A DNA stretch of 64,000 bases from an uncultured Pelagibacteraceae bacterium (GTDB lineage Bacteria > Pseudomonadota > Alphaproteobacteria > Pelagibacterales > Pelagibacteraceae), in NCBI GenBank assembly GCA_902532595.1, contig CACAIN010000001.1, positions 46,943 through 110,942 on the forward strand, in the 5' to 3' direction. The notes below the pieces were generated by a model that was not told the origin of the DNA, did no database searches, and saw nothing but the letters and a program-made list of their open reading frames with translations. A program made the translations under genes and the position numbers. The stretch's first letter is position 1. The number at the start of each line of letters is the position of its first letter. Below are positions 38,867-47,468 of this stretch, piece after piece.

Positions 38867-39747
38867 TAATAATGAACCTTTCTCTCTATATATTTAAATT
38901 GAATTACAGTTAAAATTCCGACTAATACTAAAAGAATTACAGACTGGGCTGCACTAGATCCAAGGTCTTGGCTTACGAAACCATCTGAAAATACTTTATA
39001 TACAAGTATTGTGGTTGATTGTTCAGGTCCGCCTGAAGTAATCGTGTGTATTACTCCAAAAGTATCGAAGAAAGCATAAACAATATTTACTACTAATAAA
39101 AAGAATGTGATGGGTGAGAGCAGAGGTATTACTATTGTTCCAAATCTTTTCCAAAAACTAGCTCCATCTATTGCTGCAGCCTCAATAATTGATTTTGGAA
39201 TGGCTTGTAGTCCTGCTAAAAAAAATAAAAAGTTATAGCTTATTCTTCCCCATGATGAGGCTAAAATAACTAGAAACATGGCTTGATCACCCTTTAAAGT
39301 GTGATTCCACTCGTAGCCTAAAGCTTTAAGGTAATAGGAAGCCAAACCAATATTTCCGTTAAACATAAATAACCATAAGACCCCCGCAATCGCTGGTGCT
39401 ATTGCATAAGGCCAAATTAATAATGTTTGATAAACACCTGCTCCTTTAATTAATCGATCTGCTAAAGCTGCTAAATATAAACCTATAGCCATAGACGAAA
39501 CTGATACAGCTGTAGAAAAAAATATTGTAGTTTTAAAACTGGCTAAATAATAAGGATCAGATAATAAAAATCTAAAATTATCTAAACCTACAAATTCTGT
39601 TTTTAATCCAAAAGGGTCAGGTAAAAATAAAGAATTCCAAATTGCTTGACCTGATGGATAGAAGAAAAAAATAAAAGAGATGATTAGTTGTGGCGCAACT
39701 AACATGGCTGGTAACATCCAACCTTTAAAAAATACTCTTTTTTCCAT
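38866..39747 (-). CDS. ugpA: sn-glycerol-3-phosphate ABC permease
   Basis: LVAPQL, DPFGL, SYNFLFFLAGLQ, EAA loop, YAFFDTF. Confidence 0.93.
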   Translation of the reverse strand: MEKRVFFKGWMLPAMLVAPQLIISFIFFFYPSGQAIWNSLFLPDPFGLKTEFVGLDNFRFLLSDPYYLASFKTTIFFSTAVSVSSMAIGLYLAALADRLIKGAGVYQTLLIWPYAIAPAIAGVLWLFMFNGNIGLASYYLKALGYEWNHTLKGDQAMFLVILASSWGRISYNFLFFLAGLQAIPKSIIEAAAIDGASFWKRFGTIVIPLLSPITFFLLVVNIVYAFFDTFGVIHTITSGGPEQSTTILVYKVFSDGFVSQDLGSSAAQSVILLVLVGILTVIQFKYIERKVHY

Positions 39748-39760
39748 TTGATATTAAGAA

Positions 39761-39790
39761 ATATTCTAGGGGTTTTCACCCCTAGAATAT
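39761..39790 (-). terminator. Intercistronic 13-bp stem-loop between ugpB and ugpA
   Basis: ATATTCTAGGGGT-TTTC-ACCCCTAGAATAT; GAAA tetraloop on the mRNA strand. Confidence 0.8.
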
Positions 39791-39799
39791 CAAATTGAT

Positions 39800-41113
39800 T
39801 TATTTGTTAGCTCTTTCAAATCTTCTTAAAAGAACGTTACCTCTTCTTACAGCGCTATCTAAAGCTACTTGAGCAGTTTTCTTACCACTGTAAACTCCTT
39901 CCATCTCTTCATCGATAATTCCTCTTATCTGATCAAAAGATCCAAGACGTAAGCCTTTAGAGTTTTGTGTAACTTTATTTCTCATCATCTGTATTCCAGC
40001 TAAATCAGTTCCAGGATTTTTCTTATAGAAACCTGAACTTTTAGTTTTTTTAGCGGCTGCAGTTGTAACACCTAAATAACCAGTGTCCTGATGCCACTTA
40101 GCTTGAATGTCAGTTGTTGATAGAAAAGCTAAAAAAGCTGCTGTAGCTTTATTTTCCTCTTTAGATTTTCCAGAAAGCGCCCATAGAGAAGAACCTCCGA
40201 TTATAGTATTCTGAGGTGCTTCTGTCGCTCCGTAGTAAGGTAAGTGTCTGATACCAAATTCAAATTTCGCTTGTTTTTTAATACCAGCGTAACCTGCAGA
40301 AGATTCTGTCATTAACATACATTCGCCGGCTCTAAAATTTTTACCAGCTTCGTTTCTTCTACCCATGTATTTAAATTTACCTTCTTGTGCCCATTTACCT
40401 AAAGTTTGGATGTGTTTGATATGCACTGGGCTGTTGAAAGCCAACTCAGTATCTAAACCAGCAAATCCATTAGCTTTAGTCGCGAATGGTATATTGTGAT
40501 AGGCTGAAAAATTCTCAAGATGAACCCAACTGTGCCAACAAGTACAAAAAGGCATATCAATACCTTTTGCCTTAGCAGCATCAAGCGCGTTTCCAACTTT
40601 TTTCCAAGTACTTAAATCCATTTCTGGATCCAAACCTGCTTTTTTCATTAAGTCTTTATTAACCCAAAGTACCGGTGTTGAAGAGTTATATGGCATAGAT
40701 AACATTTTACCATCTGTAGTGGTGTAGTATCCACTTACCGCCGACACAAATCCTTTTGGATTAAATTTTTGACCAGCATCTTTCATAAGTTGGTACATAG
40801 GAACATAAGCTCCTTTAGCTGCCATTAAACTGGCTGTACCGACCTCAAATACCATAAGTATATTTGGATGTTGTCCTGCTCTAAAAGCTGCAATACCAGC
40901 GTTTAAAGTTTCGGAATAATTTCCTTTTCTTGTGTGAACAACGGTATACTTGTCTTGGCTTGCATTAAATTTTTCTACTTGTTCGTTAAGTAGTTCACCT
41001 AATCTTCCACCAAAAGCATGCCACCATTGTATTTCAGTTTTTGCTTGAGCTGCAGTCCCCGCAAACATTGCGAAAAGCGCAATCGAGCAAATTAATGCTT
41101 TTAATTGTTTCAT
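39800..41113 (-). CDS. ugpB: sn-glycerol-3-phosphate-binding protein (start ATG 41113)
   Basis: Signal peptide, IQWWHA, QVFEVGT-like MVFEVGTA, SMPYNSSTP, IIGGSSLW, WHQDTGY. Confidence 0.93.
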   Translation of the reverse strand: MKQLKALICSIALFAMFAGTAAQAKTEIQWWHAFGGRLGELLNEQVEKFNASQDKYTVVHTRKGNYSETLNAGIAAFRAGQHPNILMVFEVGTASLMAAKGAYVPMYQLMKDAGQKFNPKGFVSAVSGYYTTTDGKMLSMPYNSSTPVLWVNKDLMKKAGLDPEMDLSTWKKVGNALDAAKAKGIDMPFCTCWHSWVHLENFSAYHNIPFATKANGFAGLDTELAFNSPVHIKHIQTLGKWAQEGKFKYMGRRNEAGKNFRAGECMLMTESSAGYAGIKKQAKFEFGIRHLPYYGATEAPQNTIIGGSSLWALSGKSKEENKATAAFLAFLSTTDIQAKWHQDTGYLGVTTAAAKKTKSSGFYKKNPGTDLAGIQMMRNKVTQNSKGLRLGSFDQIRGIIDEEMEGVYSGKKTAQVALDSAVRRGNVLLRRFERANK

Positions 41114-41209
41114 TTTTATTCCCCCAATTTTCTTTATTTTTAAAAAAGCTAGCATAAAAAAAATATAATGAGGAGTCTGATAATAAAATTAAAGATTCTA
41201 CTGTAGGTT

Positions 41210-41554
41210 TTATTTTACTTTTCCAAGAGTATTTAAGAGGATAACACCGAGAATAATTAATACTAATCCAGCGGTTCCGTAGAGATTTGGAGTTTGATTA
41301 TATTTTAAAATTCCAAACAGTGTGACAGCAGTGATTGTTAGAGCTCCATAAGTGGCATAAGTAAATCCAACAGGTATTACTGTCATAGCTTTCGAGATAC
41401 AAAATAAGCATAAAATAATGCTTGCTACGCAAAATATAGTTGGGTTTAATTTTGTAAATCCTTCGGTAGTTTTTAAAAATCCATTTGAAGCTATACCAGT
41501 GAGTATTGCTATGACTAAATAAATATATCCTGATAATAAACTAATATTTTTCAT
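41210..41554 (-). CDS. SMR/DMT family small transporter
   Basis: 4 TM, LK..EGFT, IPVG..YA, G..LI..GV. Confidence 0.8.
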   Translation of the reverse strand: MKNISLLSGYIYLVIAILTGIASNGFLKTTEGFTKLNPTIFCVASIILCLFCISKAMTVIPVGFTYATYGALTITAVTLFGILKYNQTPNLYGTAGLVLIILGVILLNTLGKVK

Positions 41555-42495
41555 TCTACTTTTGCAAATTGTCCGCCATCTCTATATCTCCATAGCCATT
41601 TTTTCATAGCTTCCTCAATGTCAGAAGGTTTTACATTAAGATCTTGTAATGTTAAATGATTATTTGAAACTACGTTATCAGCCTCAGATAAGATCTCACA
41701 TTGATCCCGAGTTAATATCGGATTTATAGGAAGCAAGCTCATAACACTGCTTTGAATTTTCGCAAGCGACATTGGCATCTCAACTACAAATCTTTTTTTG
41801 TTAAGTGTTTTCATAATTGATTTAACCATATCACCAAAACTTATCACCTGAGGCCCTCCTATTTCGTAAATTTTTCCGTGATTGTCTTTTGTTTCTATTG
41901 CCTTAACAATTGCATCAGCTACATCTGAAACTAGAATAGGTTGAAAATTGTAACGCATTCCAACAATTGGGATTATTGGTAAAAAACTTAATTTTGAAAA
42001 TAAATTTGTAAAATTATCTTCGGTACCACAAACAACGCTTGGTCTTATAATTACAGTATTTTTAAAATTTGTAAGTGCTTTTATTTCTCCTTGAAATTTG
42101 GATCTTTGATATAAAGATTTTGAATTTTCATTTGCTCCAATTGCACTTACATGAATAAATTTTTTTACATCAGATTGAGCACATATTTTTGAAATCGCTT
42201 CGGGTATACCTGCATGTATATTCATAAATTTTTGTTTTCTTGTTTCATAAAGAATTCCAATTAAATTAATTACTATATCTGAATTTTTAATTGATTCTTT
42301 TAATTCATCGAAATTATTCGGATTCCAATTTATTAATTCGATAGAGCCTGGTGTAGCCTGTGTCTTTAAATAGCCTTTTTGAAAGGTATTTCTTGTAAAG
42401 ATCATGGATCTATAGTTTTTCTTGGTCAAATTTCGAACAAGATATCTTCCTATAAAACCACCACCACCTAAGATTGTGCAAATTTGGTTTTTCAT
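41551..42495 (-). CDS. Complex I NDUFA9-like NAD-dependent epimerase/SDR
   Basis: GGGGFIGRY, INLIGILYE, HVSAIGA, Y.RSK, QPI.V.DVA. Confidence 0.88.
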   Translation of the reverse strand: MKNQICTILGGGGFIGRYLVRNLTKKNYRSMIFTRNTFQKGYLKTQATPGSIELINWNPNNFDELKESIKNSDIVINLIGILYETRKQKFMNIHAGIPEAISKICAQSDVKKFIHVSAIGANENSKSLYQRSKFQGEIKALTNFKNTVIIRPSVVCGTEDNFTNLFSKLSFLPIIPIVGMRYNFQPILVSDVADAIVKAIETKDNHGKIYEIGGPQVISFGDMVKSIMKTLNKKRFVVEMPMSLAKIQSSVMSLLPINPILTRDQCEILSEADNVVSNNHLTLQDLNVKPSDIEEAMKKWLWRYRDGGQFAKVE

Positions 42496-42513
42496 GATAT
42501 TTAGAAACTATAT

Positions 42514-43137
42514 ATGAAAATAATTAAGATTAAAGAGGACATAACTTCAGAGATAGCTAATTCATTTAAAAATAGTATTGCAATTGACACTGAGGCTACT
42601 GGTTTACAAATCCCTGAAAGAGATAAATTAAGTCTTATTCAAATTTGCGATGAAAAAGAAAATGTTTACATCATTCAACCAAATAAAAAAAATTACAAAG
42701 CTCCAAATTTAGTCTCAGTATTAGAAAATGATAAAATTCTTAAGATTGGTCATTTTTTGAGGTTCGATAAAAGCGCATTAGAATTTTTTTTAAAATGCAA
42801 AATGAAAAATATTTTTGATACTAAAATAGCATCAAAAATTGTAAGAACTTATACTGATGCTCATGGTTTAAAAAATTTAGCTCAAGAATTTTGCAACAAA
42901 AATTTAGATAAACGTCAAGGTAGTAGCGATTGGAACAAAGACATCAATGATCTTTCTGATAAACAATTAGAGTATGCAGCTAATGATGTAATTTATTTAC
43001 ACAAAATTAAATCAGAATTGGAAAAAATGCTCATTAGAGAAAATCGAATGGACTTATTTAAAAGCTGTATAACTTTTTTAAATACAAGAGTTGAACTTGA
43101 TCAAAATGGATTTAAATTTGATATTTTTGAACATTAA
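42514..43137 (+). CDS. rnd: Ribonuclease D (3'-5' DEDD exonuclease)
   Basis: IAIDTE, L.LIQ, H..RFD, DTKIAS, SDW, YAANDV. Confidence 0.9.
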   Translation: MKIIKIKEDITSEIANSFKNSIAIDTEATGLQIPERDKLSLIQICDEKENVYIIQPNKKNYKAPNLVSVLENDKILKIGHFLRFDKSALEFFLKCKMKNIFDTKIASKIVRTYTDAHGLKNLAQEFCNKNLDKRQGSSDWNKDINDLSDKQLEYAANDVIYLHKIKSELEKMLIRENRMDLFKSCITFLNTRVELDQNGFKFDIFEH

Positions 43138-44117
43138 TGAATAAAAAAAATTATATAAATCTAGCTAAAAAAGCAGCCAATATACAAATTAAAGAGTTAA
43201 AAAAAATAAATAAAGTTTTTAATAATTCTTTTATAAAAGCAATCGATTTAATTTTAAATTGTAAAGGTAAAGTTGTTTTTGCAGGCATTGGTAAATCTGG
43301 ACTAATTGCAAGAAAAATTTCAGCAACTTTTTCAAGTGTAGGAATTCCAAGTTTTTTTTGTGATCCTGCCCAAGCTCTACATGGAGATATGGGACAAATT
43401 GAAAAAAAGGATATATTAATTGTCTTTTCATATTCCGGTAATACTTCTGAGCTTACTAATATGCTTAGGTATGCTAATCGATTTAGAATTAAGATTATTG
43501 GTGTTGCTTCAAAATCTGATAGTCTTCTTTTAAAGGCTAGTGATATAAAAATTTTATTACCTAAAGTAAAAGAGTCAGATATTACAAAAATGGTTCCAAC
43601 GACAAGCACATCTCTAACTTTGCTTTTAGGAGATAGTTTGGCTACTACTGTCATGTCTTTAAGAAAATTTTCGAAAGAAAAGTTTAAAGTTTTTCACCCA
43701 GGTGGGAACATAGGTGGTTCCCTACTTCTAGCAAAAGATATAATGGTAACGGGAAAAAAATTACCTTTAATAAATTATAAAAAAGATTTGAATGATGCAG
43801 TAAAAGTAATGAATCAAAAAAAATTAGGTATTATTGTAATTCTAAAAAATCAATATATCGCTGGTCTAGTTACTGATGGAGATTTAAGAAGAGAAATGAA
43901 ATTTCTCTCAAAAAGAACAAGCTTAGAAAAATTTATGACTAAAAAACCTTTGGTGGTTAATGAAAATATGCCTGCTTCAAAAGCTTTAGCTGTAATGAAT
44001 GAGAAAAAAATTACAAGTTTGCTTGTAGTCTCAGATAAAGATTCTAAGAAAAAGAAAAATCTAAAATTAAAAGGAATTATTCATATTCATTTTTTATTGC
44101 AGTATGGATTAAAATGA
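43137..44117 (+). CDS. kdsD: Arabinose-5-phosphate isomerase (KpsF/GutQ; SIS+CBS)
   Basis: GIGKSG, ALHGDMG, S.SG.T.E, PTTS, FHPGG, TDGDLRR. Confidence 0.93.
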   Translation: MNKKNYINLAKKAANIQIKELKKINKVFNNSFIKAIDLILNCKGKVVFAGIGKSGLIARKISATFSSVGIPSFFCDPAQALHGDMGQIEKKDILIVFSYSGNTSELTNMLRYANRFRIKIIGVASKSDSLLLKASDIKILLPKVKESDITKMVPTTSTSLTLLLGDSLATTVMSLRKFSKEKFKVFHPGGNIGGSLLLAKDIMVTGKKLPLINYKKDLNDAVKVMNQKKLGIIVILKNQYIAGLVTDGDLRREMKFLSKRTSLEKFMTKKPLVVNENMPASKALAVMNEKKITSLLVVSDKDSKKKKNLKLKGIIHIHFLLQYGLK

Positions 44118-44734
44118 TTAGTAGAAAAAAAAAATTAAGATTTATTCAACTATTTTTATTAATTCTAGGCATTCTGATTATCTATAATACCTATTATAAT
44201 AAAGACTCGGAATTAAAAAACAAAATCATATCCAGCACAACTAAAGAAAAAGTAAAAAAACAATCTGACAAGGACTCAGAAAATGATGGAAATACTTTTT
44301 ACAATATTGAATATACAGGTTTAGATCTAAATGGTAACAGATATATCTTGAAATCAGAGGAGGCTACTTTGGACAAATCAAAAGTAGAAATTGTTCATAT
44401 GAAAATTGTTAGTGCAACTTTTTATTTTAAGGACAACACAATACTATATATATGGTCTGACGAAGCTGATTATAATAATAAAACTTTCGATATGAAATTT
44501 GAAAAAAATGTAAAAGCACAATACGCAGATAGCGAACTTTTTGCAGAAAAAGCTGAATTTTCAAACACTAATAACTATCTTATAATTCATGAAAATGTTA
44601 AAATTAATAATACTAGAGGAAACGTGATTGCAGACAAATTATTATTTGATATAACAAAAAAGAAATTAGACATTAGTTCTTTTAACAACAACAAAGTTAA
44701 TGCTAATATTAATTTAAATGAAAAAAGGTTTTAG
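44114..44734 (+). CDS. lptC: LPS export protein LptC-like
   Basis: N-terminal TM, Y.G.D..GN.Y.L, beta-rich domain; lies between kdsD and lptB. Confidence 0.7.
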   Translation: MISRKKKLRFIQLFLLILGILIIYNTYYNKDSELKNKIISSTTKEKVKKQSDKDSENDGNTFYNIEYTGLDLNGNRYILKSEEATLDKSKVEIVHMKIVSATFYFKDNTILYIWSDEADYNNKTFDMKFEKNVKAQYADSELFAEKAEFSNTNNYLIIHENVKINNTRGNVIADKLLFDITKKKLDISSFNNNKVNANINLNEKRF

Positions 44735-45473
44735 AATTTTAAAATTTAAAAAAGATAGGCCTATCTTTGAAGTAAAAGATATCAGCAAGTCTTTTGATGG
44801 AAGACCAATCTTAAAAAAATTATCACTTAAAGTTTTTCCAGGAGAATGTGTAGGAGTACTTGGTCCAAATGGATGTGGTAAAACAACTCTTTTTTCTATG
44901 TGTATAGGAGAACAAAGTTCGGAGGGCGGAAAGATCTACCTAAATAATAAAGCAATTGATCAAATACCTATTCACTTAAGATCAAAAGAAGGTCTTGGTT
45001 ATCTTCCTCAACAAAGAAGCGTATTTAACATGAGTGTTTATGACAATATATTAGGTATAGCTCAAATAAGTATTAAAGGTGCAGAAAAACAAAAAACAGT
45101 AACAGAAAAATTACTAGACGAATTTAATTTACAACATCTTAGAAGTTTAAATGCTTCTGTGTTATCCGGTGGAGAGATTAGAAGATTAATGATGGCAAGA
45201 GTAATGATAGGCAAACCCAAAATAGTCTTGCTTGACGAACCGCTCGCAGCCCTTGATCCTCTAGTTATTCAGGATATTCAAAAATACATTTTAAAAATAC
45301 AGGCTAGCGGCACTGCTATTCTCGTTACAGATCACAACGTTAAAAATTTATTTGATATCACTGATAGAAACTATGTGCTTGGCGAGCACACTGTTATAGC
45401 AGAAGGAACATCTAGAGAGATACTTAAATCATCAAAGGCAATAGAACATTATTTTGGATCACAGTTTTCATAA
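44718..45473 (+). CDS. lptB: LPS export ABC ATPase
   Basis: GPNGCGKTT, GLGYLPQ, LSGGE.RR, LDEP.A..DP, TDHNV, YFG..F. Confidence 0.9.
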   Translation: MKKGFRILKFKKDRPIFEVKDISKSFDGRPILKKLSLKVFPGECVGVLGPNGCGKTTLFSMCIGEQSSEGGKIYLNNKAIDQIPIHLRSKEGLGYLPQQRSVFNMSVYDNILGIAQISIKGAEKQKTVTEKLLDEFNLQHLRSLNASVLSGGEIRRLMMARVMIGKPKIVLLDEPLAALDPLVIQDIQKYILKIQASGTAILVTDHNVKNLFDITDRNYVLGEHTVIAEGTSREILKSSKAIEHYFGSQFS

Positions 45474-45478
45474 GATTC

Positions 45479-46828
45479 ATGCCTAATAAAAGTTTTTCTT
45501 TAAATATAAATCATAAAATAAAACCTTTTGTTAAATCAATTAAAGTTGACTCGGACAAGTCCCAGTCGATAAGAAGTTTTTTAATAGGCTCAATATCTCA
45601 AAATATCTCAATAACTAGAAATGTTTTGGAGTCAGAAGATGTCTTTTCTACTATTGATTGTTTAAAAAAACTTGGCGTTCAAATAAAAAAAGTAAAACCA
45701 CAAAAATATCGTATTCATGGAAAAGGCTTGGGTTCATTATTTGCTAAAAAGAATTTAGAATTAAATTTTGGAAACTCAGGAACTTTAGCTAGACTTTTAA
45801 TTGGAATATTATCAACAACTCCTGGCATAGAGGTAAAAGTTAAGGGAGATAGCTCGTTGAACAAAAGAAGTATGCAAAAATTAATTTTATTAATGTCGGA
45901 ATTTGGAGCCGAATTTTTACCAAAAAATAAATTTAAATTTCCTCTAAAACTTATTTCAACTGAAATGCCCATTGGTATTAATTACCAAGCTGGGGTATCT
46001 GCTCAATTAAAGAGTGCAGTTATTTTAGCAGGTTTAAATTCTTATGGGATAACAAAAATTGTAGAAAAAAATAAAAGTAGAGATCATACAGAAAATTTAC
46101 TTCAAAAAAATTCTCAAGCTATTAAAATAAAAAAAGGGAAAGAAAAGATAATTAGTATTTTTGGCAAAAAAAATTTAGAGCCAATAAATGTCGTAATACC
46201 TGGAGATCCATCTTCTGCTGCTTTTTACACTGCCTTAACGTTATTGAATCAAAAATCAATCCTTAAAATGAAAGATGTTGGTCTAAACCCAACAAGAATA
46301 GGATTTTATGAATTGTTAAAAAAACATGGAGCAAATATAAAATTTAAAAATAAAAAAAAACAAAATAATGAAATTATCGGAGATATAATAGTGAAAAGCA
46401 GTAGATTAAAAAAACCAATAATAGCTTCTAAGAATTTTTATGAAAAAACTACAGATGAATTTCCTATATTGTTCTGTATCGCGGCTTTGACAAAAGGTGT
46501 TTCAATTTTTAAAGGTATAGAAGACTTAGCTAACAAAGAAAGTAATCGAATAAAAGAAATGCAAAAAGTTCTAAAACAAATAGGTATTAAAAGTATTTTT
46601 TCGAAAAATAAATTAAAAATTTTTGGAAATGATTTAATAAAAATTAGAAATAAAAAAGTTAAGATTCCTAACTTAGGAGATCACAGAATTTGTATGTCTT
46701 CAACTATTCTTTCTTTAATAACTGGGATCAAAACAAAAATTAATAATTTTGAAACAGTTAAAACTTCTTCACCAAATTTCTTAAGAACAATAAAATCTTT
46801 AGGAGCAAAATTTGAAGTTGCAAAATAA
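45479..46828 (+). CDS. aroA: EPSP synthase
   Basis: DKS, GNSGT..RL, SAQLKSA, RDHTE, PGDPSSAAF, KESNR, DHRI.M. Confidence 0.93.
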   Translation: MPNKSFSLNINHKIKPFVKSIKVDSDKSQSIRSFLIGSISQNISITRNVLESEDVFSTIDCLKKLGVQIKKVKPQKYRIHGKGLGSLFAKKNLELNFGNSGTLARLLIGILSTTPGIEVKVKGDSSLNKRSMQKLILLMSEFGAEFLPKNKFKFPLKLISTEMPIGINYQAGVSAQLKSAVILAGLNSYGITKIVEKNKSRDHTENLLQKNSQAIKIKKGKEKIISIFGKKNLEPINVVIPGDPSSAAFYTALTLLNQKSILKMKDVGLNPTRIGFYELLKKHGANIKFKNKKKQNNEIIGDIIVKSSRLKKPIIASKNFYEKTTDEFPILFCIAALTKGVSIFKGIEDLANKESNRIKEMQKVLKQIGIKSIFSKNKLKIFGNDLIKIRNKKVKIPNLGDHRICMSSTILSLITGIKTKINNFETVKTSSPNFLRTIKSLGAKFEVAK

Positions 46829-47468
46829 AAATTTTCAAATTTCATGTGACGGTGGTGCAGCCACAGGGAAATCTACTGGGGCAAAAATGATTTCTAAAAA
46901 ATATAAACTTAAATTTTTATCATCTGGTCTATTATATAGATATGCAAGTTATCTTATTATTGTACATCAGCCCAAGAATAGAGTTCATTTTTTAAAGAAA
47001 AAATTTAAAAATTTAAATTATCAAAAGATAGAAAGAATAAATTTACATTCTCAAGAAATATCAAAGGAAAGCGCTATAATAGCAAAAGTAAATAAAATAC
47101 GGCAAATTTTAAAAAAATATCAAACAAATTTTTCAAAAAAATATAAAAATTGCTGTTTAGAAGGAAGAGATATCTCGACAAAAATTCTTCCAAACTCAGA
47201 TGTAAAATTCTTTTTCGTATGTAATTTAAATACTGCAGCTCGAAGAAGATACAAAGAACTAAAAAAAAAGAATAATAAAATTAAATTTAAAGATGTTAAA
47301 AAAGCCCTAAGAATAAGAAATAAACATGACATAAAGAGAAAAAACAGTCCTTTACTCCAACATAGAGATGCGATAAAAATCGACACCGGAAAATTAAATA
47401 AACAAGCTATGCTGGTTAAAATGTCTAAATATGTAGACAGAGTAATTAAAAAAAAATATGGCAATTGA
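46812..47468 (+). CDS. cmk: Cytidylate kinase
   Basis: DG..ATGKST, SGLLYR, EGRDI, SPL; aroA-cmk-rpsA synteny. Confidence 0.88.
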   Translation: MKLQNKNFQISCDGGAATGKSTGAKMISKKYKLKFLSSGLLYRYASYLIIVHQPKNRVHFLKKKFKNLNYQKIERINLHSQEISKESAIIAKVNKIRQILKKYQTNFSKKYKNCCLEGRDISTKILPNSDVKFFFVCNLNTAARRRYKELKKKNNKIKFKDVKKALRIRNKHDIKRKNSPLLQHRDAIKIDTGKLNKQAMLVKMSKYVDRVIKKKYGN

